In this document: positions 1-11,400 of the stretch, in pieces
Position numbering within the stretch: position 1 is the first letter of the stretch
Layout: every line of letters starts with the position of its first letter
The notes under the pieces: model-generated
The model's input: only the letters and a program-made list of their open reading frames with translations
What the model was told of the DNA's origin: nothing
Database searches by the model: none
Made by a program: the position numbers and the translations under genes
From: Mobula birostris
Lineage: Eukaryota
Reading direction: 5' to 3'
DNA length: 64,000 nucleotides
Assembly (NCBI RefSeq): GCF_030028105.1
Contig: NC_092378.1
Coordinates: forward strand, 139,923,731 to 139,987,730

Positions 1-200
1 ACTGGTTCAAGCTCACAGGAAGGCGGCAGCAACTGAAATAACCACACATTACAACAGTGGTGTGCAAAACAGCATTTCTGAATGCACAACACATCGAACC
101 CGTGAAGTGGAAAGGCTATAGCAGAAGATCACAGCCATACGTACAGTGGCCACTTCATTAGGTACAGGAAGGATGCAACTAATAAAGTGGCCATTGAGTT
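1..200 (+). mobile_element. Tc1-like non-autonomous DNA transposon, right part (cut by window edge)
   Basis: Similar to the 3' halves of the copies at 37407 and 62973; ends in ctaataaagtggccattgagt, the reverse complement of their TIR. Confidence 0.7.
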
Positions 201-1102
201 AAAGTCACCCTGTACTACCTGGAGATTCGTTTTCTTTGGCACTCACCATAGAACAAAGAAATACAACAGAGTCACACAAAAGCTTACAAACAACCAATGC
301 GCAAATAAACAAATACTGAGAACACAAGCTGTAGAGTCCTTTAAAGAGAGTCCATAAATTGTAGAATCACATCCCACAGTATATTTTCTGCAGTAAATTT
401 CAAATATATTCCTTCAATATCAAGGATTACATTTACTTTGAATGAGCCTTCCACCCATCACCATGTGAAGAAATTTCTTCCCACCTTTGTTTTAAAAGTC
501 TTCAATTACTGCGAAAGCAAGATCAATGGTTCTAGAGTAACATCCTCTTTATATCCAGTCAAGTAGCAATTTTACAAGTTTCAATGACATTTCCTTTCAT
601 TATTCTTTGTCTAGAAAAAACAAGCTCAGCTTACTCAATTATGAAGAGAACCTTCTCTCTATGTGAATTTTCACTCCCTTCATAACAAGAAAACCATCTT
701 TTTTTTTTAAAAAAAGTGTCTGGAGGCCAGAATAATGCTCTCTGCACTCCAGATGTCATCTCAACAAGGCTCTGTACAATTGCTGCAAGATACCTTTGTC
801 CTATACTGAAATACTTTCATAATAATGAAATCACGTAGAACTAAGTGATCAGCAAAAGAACCAAAATAGGATTTAAAACAAAAATCCACGGCAAATGGTA
901 ATGCGCTGGTGGAGGCAGATTCAAAGCCATAAAGGTGCAAGACCAGTTGATTTTTTCTTACACGTGATATCCTGTATTTCTGCTTTGGAAATTTGGCAAT
1001 GTTTTATGCTACATTATTTCATTTTAAAAGGTATGATAAAGTTTGAAACCTTAAAAAAAATAAGACAATTATGTTACCAGTACTGACTTACCTACAGCGA
1101 TA

Positions 1103-1685
1103 TACAGGGGTGATTGATAAGTTCGTGGTCTAAAGAAGATGTCAATTTTAGAAAACCCAGCACATTTACTTTTCCTACATTTTCTTAGTCCAGCCGTGGT
1201 GGAGCATACGGATCCCTTCTTTGTAGGAGTGGTCCACAGCAGGGGTGATTGACAAGTTCCTGGCCTAAGGTAGAAGGAGATGAGTTATTAACTTCAAACT
1301 TTCTGCGTTATCGCTCAAAGAGTTGAACTGCACGCGCATGTAACGAGAGCGTCTCGGACCTCCAGGTGGTCCACAGCAGGGGTGATTGATAAGTTCGTGG
1401 CTTAAGGTAGAAGGAGATAAGTTATACAGCTCGCGTTACATGTAGGTACAGTTCAACTCTGAGTGAAATCTGCTCACCTACTTTAGGGCACGAACTTATC
1501 AATCACTCCTGCTGTGGACCACTTCAGGGGGTCCAAGACGCAGACTTTTACAAAGAAGGGATCCGTCTGCGTCTGCTGCACGACCGCTGGACTAAGTGTG
1601 TAAATGTAGGAAAAATAAATGTGCTAGGTTTTGTAAAATTGACTTCTTCTATCTTAGGTCACGAACTTACCAATCACCCCTCATA
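1103..1685. mobile_element. Mariner-type MITE, largely palindromic
   Basis: TA-flanked TIRs: cagggg-tgattgataagttcgtggtcta ... taggtcacgaacttaccaatcacccctca. Extra internal TIR copies at ~1240 and ~1377 (direct) and ~1483-1512 (inverted). Confidence 0.8.
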
Positions 1686-2855
1686 CAACTAGCCAATTCT
1701 GAAGTACACTCTCAATTTGGTAAGCATTAGACCTGTGTTTCCTTGGAATCACGTTTAATTTCACAAACAAGCAAACCAAAACTTCAACGTCACGGGCCAT
1801 CCTGGATAGGCATCAACGTGCCCTCGTTACCGAGAACAGTAGGGTCACGTATTTCATTGCGTTACAAGGACAAGTTAATCAGTAAATGTACAGATATTTT
1901 AATATACAACAAAGCGATTACTTGAGTAGATGTATATCACGCTCACATAAATTAGGACGTTTCTCTCTTAAAGCATAAGATTGGAAAGGGAAAGCGTCTA
2001 TTATTGTAATTACGTTGCGCAGTTCGTTTGCACAGCATTTGTTTGCTGGTGACTTTGCGTTGCAACAAAAACTCAGCCCCAGCAAAAGACCCAGCCAGCC
2101 ACATCCCACCCCTACAGCAAATCAAATGGCGGGCGGGGTATTTACCTCAAGTTAATCAGCAGGGCGAACCCGATCACTGCTGTTTCTACCAAACTGGTAG
2201 TGGGGCGGCGGGGGTCGGTACTATTGTGACAAGCAGCACACTAGCCCTTGGAAAGGGAGACCAGCGCTTCGCAGAAAGGCATCACCGCCGAGGGTTGGGC
2301 GAGGACTGGAGAAGAAATGAGGCGCGGCATCGAGGAAGGGAATGGAGGAAGTTGAGATCGTTAGAGGGCGAAGTCGAAACCTAGGGTGAGCGGGGCTAAT
2401 GAGGGGAGGCACTGGGCAGCGAGTGGGGGCAAACAGCCGGGGTGGGACGAGCCAGCTCCGGACCCGCAGGCCTCAGGCCGAAAGGACCACCGTTCCCCAC
2501 CAACCTCCCACGTTCCGGTCACTACCCGTGCCCGACAGTCACCCACCTGGGTTAATAACCCGACATTCGCCACATGCGAATAGAAGCCGCACAGCTCCCA
2601 GCCAAGGCTCGGACACCCCCACTCACTGTTTTTATTGTGCATGGAGCAGCCCCCCCCCCTCCCTTTCAACCACACGAGTCCCCGCCCCGTCACACCGAGA
2701 GGTCTTTCCTATACGTCCACTCGAACAGTCGTCACTGCCATCTGCTCGGTGAGTGGACAGGGTGCGCGTCAATCGTGCCGCATTGACAGCCCGTCAAGGT
2801 TTGATGCCGGAACAGCTCGATCTGAGGTGGCAGTGTGCGTGCCCGCCGCCGCGAC

Positions 2856-2865
2856 GTGACGTCAC
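2856..2865. promoter_or_regulatory. Palindromic CRE (CREB/ATF) site
   Basis: gTGACGTCAc, 50 nt upstream of the NUBP2 ATG. Confidence 0.6.
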
Positions 2866-2914
2866 ACCGCGGGTGACGGGTCACGCGCACGTACACGGCG
2901 GAGCAGCGGGCAAC

Positions 2915-2930
2915 ATGGAGGCGGCGGAAG
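2915..2930 (+). CDS. NUBP2: NUBP2 coding exon 1 (MEAAE, phase 1)
   Basis: Good Kozak context (caacATGG) and donor AAG|gtaaaa. The 16 nt join exon 2 in frame, and the N-terminus resembles human MEAAAE. Confidence 0.88.
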
Positions 2931-3306
2931 GTAAAAACTTATCCAGAACGGGGAATATGAGGTTTCCTCTGGGGGCAGGGACTGCCATAGACAGGAACGC
3001 TCACTACGATTAATGGTAGCTGCTTGCCGACCTATAGTAGGCTTTTTCCCCACGACCCTTCCCGGTTTTAGTTGGGAGTTTTAAGGCCCATGTGCCACAC
3101 ACTGACCGGCACCATGATGATTTGTATTGTCACTGTAGCTGCTGTGCGGTTTTATGTTTGAACATTTGTCATATCCAGATAGGAGAGTTCATGCTTTTAA
3201 ATTGAAAGTCATTGGTTGAGTAAAAAAAATCTCACATGTAATGGAACGTACTTGTACTTTGGTACTTTATAAACTTCAGTAACGATATTAGTCAATACCA
3301 CTTCCA

Positions 3307-3523
3307 AACAACAGGAATTCTGCAGATGCTGGAAATTCAAGCAACACACATCAAAGTTGCTGGTGAACGCAGCAGGCCAGGCAGCATCTCTAGGAAGAGG
3401 TGCAGATTTTGGATCTCCCCCTCCCCCTCCAACTTTCAAATCTCTTACTCACTCTTCCTTCAGTTAGTCCTTACGAAGGGTCTCGGCCTGAAGCGTCGAC
3501 TGTACCTCTTCCTAGAGATGCTG
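3307..3523. mobile_element. Short Penelope-derived element with inverted terminal arms and a degenerate hammerhead
   Basis: 13-bp TSD aataccacttcca (3294-3306 / 3524-3536). Inverted arms cagcatctctaggaagagg / cctcttcctagagatgctg. Confidence 0.75.
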
Positions 3524-3552
3524 AATACCACTTCCACCTGTTTGTATAAAGT

Positions 3553-4529
3553 TTGTATTATGCCATCACCTGCATTGCCTATATTTTTCCAGACAAATGT
3601 GCTCACTCCATTATCCCAACGCCTAAACAGAAAGAGTTCCTCTTGTTCTTACCTACCACCTCATCATCCTCCGCAAATTCTATCTTCTCCAGAGGGATCC
3701 TACCACCAAGCACATCTTTACCTCCCTTCCACTCTTCACTTTCTGCCAAGATCGCTCCCTCCATGATTCCTTTGTCCATTCATTCTTTCCCACTAATCTC
3801 CCTCTTCGGGGATTATCTCTGCAAGTGGCCAAACTGCTACGCCTGCCCATACATGTTCCTCGCCTCCATTCAGAGTCCCAAACATTCCTTCCAGATGACG
3901 CAACACCTCACCTGCGAAAGATCATCTATTGTATCTGGTGCTCCCAATGCGGTTTCCTCTACATTGGTCGTAAATTGGGGTACCGCTTTCTTGAGTACCT
4001 CCGCTCTGTCTGCAAAAAGTGTAATTTCCCTAGTGGCCAACCATTTTAATTTCTATTCCCATCCTGTTCTGATATGTCGGACCATGGCTTCCTGTTGTGC
4101 CACGATGAGATCACTCTCAGAGTTGAAGAGCAGCACCTCATATTCCGTCTGGGTAGCCTGCAAACTGATGGCAAGAACATCCTTTTCTTCTGTCAGTAAT
4201 TTTTTCCCTTCCCCCCCCCCCCCACTTGTTCTATTCCCCACTCTGGCCTCTTACCTCGTTATGCCTCCCCCTTGGTGTCCTTCCATCTTCTCATTGTGCC
4301 ATGGTCCGTTCTCCTCTCCTTTCAGATTCCTTCCTCTCCAGACCAAAACCTTTTCCACCCACTTAGCTTCACCTATCACCTAGCTATCCTCCTTCTCCTC
4401 CCCCCTCTGCCTTTTTATTCGGGCATCTTCCCCCTTCCTTTCCAGACTTGAGGAAGAGTCTCAGCCCAAAACATTGACTAAATTAATTTCCATAGATGCT
4501 GCCTGACCAGCATTTTGTGTGTGTGTTAC
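3553..4529 (+). mobile_element. Penelope-like retroelement 3' fragment (GIY-YIG endonuclease remnant plus pLTR)
   Basis: ORF 3825-4049 has IIYCIWCSQCGFLYIG (GIY-YIG type). 12-bp TSD tttgtataaagt (3541-3552 / 4530-4541). Confidence 0.8.
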
Positions 4530-5349
4530 TTTGTATAAAGTACACCTGAATGTAAAAGCAGGCTAGGGGAAATGAGAAGCCTACACTGTAGCTTGGAATT
4601 TCTGATCAGGTTAAGCCTGTTCATTCATGGAATTGCCATACTCCAATCATGGAATTGGATATAATTCAGTGCAGAACATTTGCCTCATCTCCTCCAACTC
4701 CACCCCCAACTTCATTTATGGCTGCTCCAAACAGGCTGGCTTCATCTTTCAAGAGTATTCACATTTCTTCTCTTGGATGTTCTGAAAGCTTCATTTAATA
4801 ACTTTAAGATATTTCTCATTTGCCTTGTTTTGCCATGATATTACCTGTTCATAGATGATACAGTCCAACAAAGTGGGTGCCATGTTAGTCAATTGTATTG
4901 ATTAAAAATCTGCACTAAAAGTCTGTTGACAAGCTGAACAGTGAAAGCTGTTCCTATTTATCAATTAAAAATGGTGCCATTTAGGCTATCAGCTTGATTA
5001 TCATCTCAGGGATAGTTTTATATGCTTAATATTACTACATGATCTCTTGATCAGATTTCATCCTTGGTCAGATCAGTTGCAATTTAGAGGTGGCTATATT
5101 TACAATACTGGTTGGATTGCATTGGGGATGGAGTTTACGATTGGATCTGGCTTGTTCAGTCTAGGTTGTTTCATACTTTACAAGACTTCAAATACTTACA
5201 ATATGTCAGCAAAATGTTGCCCGTTAACTTTGTTTTGGGCTTTCGGTTCTAGTTTTGTTTTCCCTCTCCTATCCTGTCTATTTCTGTTCCTGATGTAGGG
5301 TGTTTTCAACTGTATATTTTAAATTTTAAAGAGATGTACACATAATGGT

Positions 5350-5545
5350 GCATGTCCTGGTTATGTGACCCCTGAAACTAGGCAGACAATCTGTGAAGAG
5401 TATCGATAATGGCTGGGGTCACCTGTCTTGTAAAGACACTGCCCAGAAGAAGGCAATGGCAAACCACTTCTGTAGAAAAAAATTGCGAAGAGCAATCACG
5501 GTCAAGCCCACAATCGCCCATGCAGCACGGCACATAACAAGCAAA
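5350..5545 (+). mobile_element. RTE-related short element or fragment
   Basis: Contains gaagaaggcaatggcaaaccactt, the segment typical of RTE/BovB-related elements. Confidence 0.45.
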
Positions 5546-5704
5546 CAAACACTATCCTTCTTTGCAAATACTGATTGATATTTCCAACATCTTCTACTTT
5601 CATTATTTCAGATCTAGGCACACTGAACTGTACAGCCCTTGGGGCAAATAGCATTTCAGCTACTCTTGCTGTCCTAGGTTAGGAATCTGGCTGGATCTCT
5701 ATTG

Positions 5705-5935
5705 GTTGGTACGGTAGTGTAACACTTACCAAGACCCGAGTTCAATTCCACTGTTGTCTGTGAGGAGTTTGTATGTTCCCCTGTGCCCCCATGGGTTTCC
5801 TCTGGGTGCTCCAGTTTCCTCCCACATTCCAAAGACATACAGGTTAGTACATTAATTGGTCACATGGGTGTAATTGGGCGGTGTAGGCTTGTTGGACCAG
5901 AATAACCCATTACCATGTTGTATCTCTAAATAATA
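5705..5935 (+). mobile_element. V-SINE (HE1-like tRNA-derived SINE)
   Basis: B-box gagttcaattcc, V-domain gggtttcctctgggtgctccagtttcctcccacattccaaagac and an A-rich tail. Confidence 0.75.
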
Positions 5936-6003
5936 AAAATAATATGCCCCACATATCTCTTTTACTCTTTCAGCTTAAATGCATTGCCTCTAATACATGG
6001 TAT

Positions 6004-6216
6004 TGTAGGGTAATGTAATGGGTGAAAACATATACATAATTCACAACCACCAACATTGATTTGGGGTTCAGTTTAAGAGGTTGGTCTGATGTGATGATGT
6101 AATTACGTGAAGATTTTATTGTGCTTTATGTTTTGTGCTTGATTGACAAAAAAGGTGTTATTACGGTTTCCCTTAAACTTAAAACATCTCTGCCTTTTTA
6201 CTTACAAAAACCTACA
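6004..6216. mobile_element. Possible solo LTR
   Basis: TGTAGG...CCTACA inverted termini, ~210 bp, imperfect flanks gtat/atat. Confidence 0.4.
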
Positions 6217-6609
6217 ATATTGCCTGGACATGGGCAGATCTGCCCTGAGATTTTTCAAAAGTAGAGGTATACAGCATCGAAACAGGTAGACACCAACATA
6301 CTTACACTATATTTTGCTTCTGAAAATTCTAGGTTGAATATCAATCCAGAAAAGATAAAATGTTTGATTCTGCATAAAATATTTGAATAGATTTATTAGG
6401 CTGTAAACCTGTTCACGTTCTCACCAGGAGGGGGAGATTTCTTATTTAAATATTGCACTGTATGTACTTTTGGTGTCATAGTCATGAAACACACATGGGG
6501 CTAAATGTTACTAAGCTACTGGAATTACTATACGCACATTTATCTTGCACACTAGGCTAAGTCTTGACCTGTTTCTTTATTTAATCAAGTGCTTTAATTT
6601 TTCACAAAG

Positions 6610-6722
6610 ATAACCTGGGATCTGTTGATCATATTCTGCTGGTTCTGTCTGGCAAAGGAGGAGTAGGAAAAAGCACCATAACAACAGAATTAGCACTAGC
6701 GCTGAGGAATGCAGGGAAAAAG
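6610..6722 (+). CDS. NUBP2: NUBP2 exon 2, deviant Walker A P-loop
   Basis: aag| ... |gtaagg; encodes [38 protein letters not shown] (Mrp/NBP35 motif GKGGVGKS). Confidence 0.95.
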
Positions 6723-7274
6723 GTAAGGAGATTTAAATTAAGATAAAAGCAATGTAATGAATGTTCTACTGAAAACTCAGCCATGCTGGACAATCAAAAT
6801 CTTGTCTGTGAAAATTGGAATAAAAAATGGCAGATACTGGAAATTTGAAACAGAAACAGAAAATGCTGGAAATGCTTAGTAGGTAGAAAGAGAAACAGTT
6901 GACGTTTCAGTTCAAGGACCAGAATTGGGAAGGAGAAAAAATAAGTCAGTTTTAAAGTGCAGAGTGGAAGAGGGTTTGATAAGTCAAAGGGTGTAAAGGC
7001 AATGTTTCCTTGGGATAAGATGTTTAAGTGAACCTGGATGGTATGCTGATGGGAGCTATTAGATAAAGAGAACACAAAGGAACCGAAGAATTGGTAGAAG
7101 AGGCCGGTTGGAGAGTGACAACACCAGAACTAGCTGTACAGCTGGGAATTGTAGAGCTGGAGGGAAATGCCCAGTAGATCAGGGCATTCTTGTGGAGAGA
7201 AGAAAATGAGCCAGTAACACACTCTACTTCCTTAACTTTTCAATCCACCAGTCTCTATGTTCATCAGATTTTTG

Positions 7275-8416
7275 GAACATAGAACAGTACAGCACAGGAG
7301 TTGGCCATTTGGCCCACAAGGTTGTTCCGAGCCAAATAAGTTAATATTCAAATAGCCGACATAACTAATCCCTTATATCTACACAATATCCATATCCTTC
7401 CATTTTCCTCACATTCATGTGCCTATCTAAATGTCTCTTAAAAGTCCTTAATATATCGGCCTCTACCACCACCCCAGGCAGTGCATCCTAAGGAACCACC
7501 ACTCTCTATGTAAAATAAAAACTTGCCCTTCTCGTCTCCTTTGAAATTACCCTCTCTCACCTTAGTGCTGTCTGATATTAGACTTTTCAATTCTGGAAAA
7601 AAAGACACTGTCTGCCTGCTCTATCTATGCTTTTCATAATCATATAAACCTCTATCAGATCTCCCCTCAGCCTCCGCAGTTCCAGAGAAAACAACCCAGG
7701 TTTGTTCAGCCTCTTGTTATAAAACATCTTGTCCAACCTCTTGTTATAAAGCATGGCCTGTAATCCAGACAGCATCCTGGTAAACCTCTTCTGCACCCTT
7801 TCAAAAAGCCTCGACATTCTTCCTACACTGAGGCGACTAAAACTGTATGCAATACTCCAGATGTAGCACAGCCAGAGTTTTATAAAACTGCAACATAGGT
7901 TCCTGACTTGTAATGCCTTAACTAATAAAGGCAAGCATGTCATATGTCTTCTTAACCGCCCCATCAACCTGTGTAGCCACCGTTGGGGAGCTAGAAACTT
8001 GGATCTCAAGATCCCTCTGTACTGTTTCTTTATATTCTGCCTATTAAGGTGCAACACTTCACATTAACCTTCACATAGGTTAAACTCCATCGACCATTTC
8101 TCCACACACATCTGTAACTGATCAGTATTCTTTGCCAGTCATTTATGCTATCCACATACCACCAATCTTTGTATCATCTGCAAATTAACTAATCCACCTA
8201 TGCGCTGTACATATTCATTCAGGTCATTTATATAGATCACAAATAGCAGAGGTCCCAGTACAAATCCCTACGAAACATCACAATCAGGGACCTCCAGATA
8301 GATTAAGTCCCTTCAACCTTTACCCTCTGTCTTCTATGAGCAAGCCAGTTCTGAATCCAAACGGCAAATTCGCCATGGATCCCATCATCTTAATCTTCTG
8401 GATGAGCCTCCCATGG
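7275..8416 (-). mobile_element. CR1 LINE 3' fragment
   Basis: ORF 7587-8057 has ERVQKRFTRML...LFSLELRRLRGDLIEVY, plus a CR1-type 3' tail. Confidence 0.85.
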
Positions 8417-11400
8417 TCAATTAAGGGTAAAAAGTTAATCTTAAATAAATCTTTGTGTTTACAAGTAATTTTAATCCCAAGATATGAAAAATAATTATTA
8501 ATCAATTTAAACAGAAAGTTATGATATAAGGGAAGTTGTTTATTAATCGGGAAAAGTTCACTCTTACTAAAATTTAATTTATAACCTGAAAAGAGACTAA
8601 ATTGTGCTAATAACTCTAAAACAGCAGGGATGGATTTTTGAGGATTAGAAATATATAAAAGTAAGTCATCAGCATAGAGTGATATTTTATGGGACTTTAA
8701 GCCCCGAGTTATCCCAGTAATATTTGGAGATTCTCGAATGGCAATTGCAAGAGGTTCTAATGCAATATCAAATAATAAAGGACTAAGAGGACAACCTTGT
8801 CGAGTACCTCAAAAAAGAGGGAAAAAAGGTGAGCTTAGAGAGTTAGTACGGACTGAAGCCACAGGAGAATGATATAACAGTTTGATCCAGGATATAAATT
8901 TCGAGCTAAAATTAAACATTTCAAGCACCTTAAATAAGTAAGGCCATTCTACTCTATCAAAAGCTTTCTCAGCATCTAAAGAGATAACACACTCAGGAAC
9001 ATTTTGTGAGGGGGTATAAACAATATTTAACAGTGTGCGAGTGTTATAAAAAGAGTAACGACCTTTAATAAAACCCGTTTGGTCTTCCGAAATAATAAAA
9101 GGAAGTACTTTTTCTAATCTGTTTGCTAATAACTTAGAAAAAATTTTAGAGTCAACATTTAATAAAGATATTGGTCTATAAGATGCACATTGAGCAGGAT
9201 CTTTATCCTTCTTTAATATTAGAGAAATTGACGCTCTATTGAAAGATTCGGGAAGTTTACCAAGTTTTAATGAAGCCTCGAAAACCCTACAGAACCAAGG
9301 GATTGATGAAGGTGCAAAACATTTATAAAATTCTACGGTAAACCCATCAGGGCCAGGAGCTTTCCCCAGGTTCATAGAGGAAATAACATTCTTAATCTCA
9401 TCAGTGGTAATGGGAGTATCTAGCATAGAAGACATATCCTGTGAAATCTTAGGGAAGTCTAGGTTATCTAAAAAAAATCATTAATATATTTAGAGTCTCG
9501 AGGAGACTCTGATTGATATAAGGAAGAATAAAAATCAAAGAAAGTTTGATTAATCCCCGCATGATCAAGTATCAGTCGGTCATTTTGATTATAAATCTGA
9601 TTAATTTGAGATTTAGCATAATTAGACTTCAATTGGTTAGCCAACAGTTTGCCAATTTTGTCACTGTGTACATAAAATTCACTTCTTGTTTTCTTTAATT
9701 GGTTTGCAATCGAGGACGAAAGTAATAAACTGTGTTCCATTTGAAGTTCAGTTCTTTGTTTATATAACTCCTCAGAGGGAGCTGTAACATATTTCTTATC
9801 AATTTCCTTAATCTTGTCCACAATTACCAACTCCTGCTGCTTCAGCTTCTTCCTCAAAGCAGCAGAATACGAGATAAGCTTTAAAAGTATCCCAAAGAAC
9901 GTTCACAGAAATATCCTCTGTATAGTTGATTGTTAAAAAAAAGATCAATCTGTTCATAAGATTGATGATCAAAAGATCATAAAGTTAACAAAGTCCGAGT
10001 CCTGAAGCAACAGCGAATTAAAACGCCATTGTCTATTATTTTGTGTATTGGCCTGAATTTTAATAGAAAGCTTAAGTGGAGCATGATCGGAAATGGTTAT
10101 AGAGTCATAATCACATTTAATCACTGAAGAAATAAGACGAGAGTCAATAAAGAAATAATCAATTCTTGAATAGGAATGGTGAACATGTGAAAAAAAAGAA
10201 AAATCTTTTTCCGGAGGATGCAGAAAACGCCAAATGTCCGTCGACCCAGAGTCAGAGAGGAATGAATTAATCAAAGTTGCAGATTTATTCAGTAAGGTCC
10301 GTAGAGGAGCCGAATGGTCCAAAGCTGGAGATAAACAGGTGTTAAGATCTCCGCCCCAGATCAATGAAAACTCATTCAAATTTGGGAACTGATTAAATAA
10401 TGATTTATAAAATTCCGGACAGTCCATATTGGGAGCATAAACATTAACCAAAACTACCTTTTTATTAAATAGTAGACCACTAACCAGTAGAAATCTACCA
10501 TTCGGATCAGAAATAATATCATGTTGTATAAAAGTAACTGAGGAGTCTATAAAAATAGAGACGCCTCGAATCTTAGCGTTAGAGTTCGAATGGAACTGTT
10601 GTTTCTTTCAGAATTTAAAAAAACATAGTCTGTCCCCTTCCAGAATTTAAAAAAACGTAGTCTGTCCCCCCTCCACACATGGGTCTCTGGTAAAAATAAA
10701 ATTTGTGCTTTAAGTCTCCGGAACACTTTAAAAACTTTTTTCCTTTTAATAGGATGGTTAAGACCATTAGTATTCCAGGAAACAAAATTAATAACAGACT
10801 CCATAAACCCTAAAGTCAACCCGCAACAAGGAGGATTGACGATAGGCTCGACCCATGAACCCGGAAAGGGAACAGAACAAATAAGAGATACCGGGAAGGA
10901 GAACGCAACCAATACTTCAATAGTGTACATAGCCCAAGAAGAAAAAAACTAAAACGTGAAGCCCCTCCCACCACCCCCCACCCCATGACCCCAAGGCTAA
11001 ATCTAACACAGACCAGCCAGAAAGAAGCAAGCACTAAAACTACCCCCATGACTTCCGATAGACTCTCCCTAAAAAAAAAGTGTAAATATAAAAAAGATCA
11101 GCTAGTTATAAAACAGTAAAAGAATAAAAAAGTAAAACAAACACTTAATATAACAGAGAAAAAGCCAGAAAATATAAAACAAACTGCAACAAACCCCAGA
11201 CCCTATGAATAAACAAAAAAAGAAATAAAATTATTAACATAAACTAGTTATGAAAACCTACAAAAAAAGTAGATTTAAAAACTACAAAATTTAAGGCCTC
11301 AAAGGAAATACGTAGAAGGACGCTGAGGGAATAACCACCCAGAATCCCCTGGGAAAAAGAAAGGAATGACGCAGATAGAAAGAAAGTTTAGAAACCATAT

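Larger units (their letters stand above)
2100..3110. promoter_or_regulatory. CpG-island promoter of NUBP2 (possibly bidirectional)
   Basis: Marked local GC/CpG enrichment against an AT-rich background, GC boxes (ggcgggcgggg ~2128), and it contains the NUBP2 start codon. Confidence 0.8.

Noticed and set aside
2028-3053. Cluster of short ORFs on both strands
   Set aside because: Expected in a GC-rich CpG island. Only the 16-nt NUBP2 exon 1 is supported.
3553-4383. 276-aa ORF in NUBP2 intron 1
   Set aside because: It is an off-frame reading of a decayed Penelope-like element bounded by TSDs.
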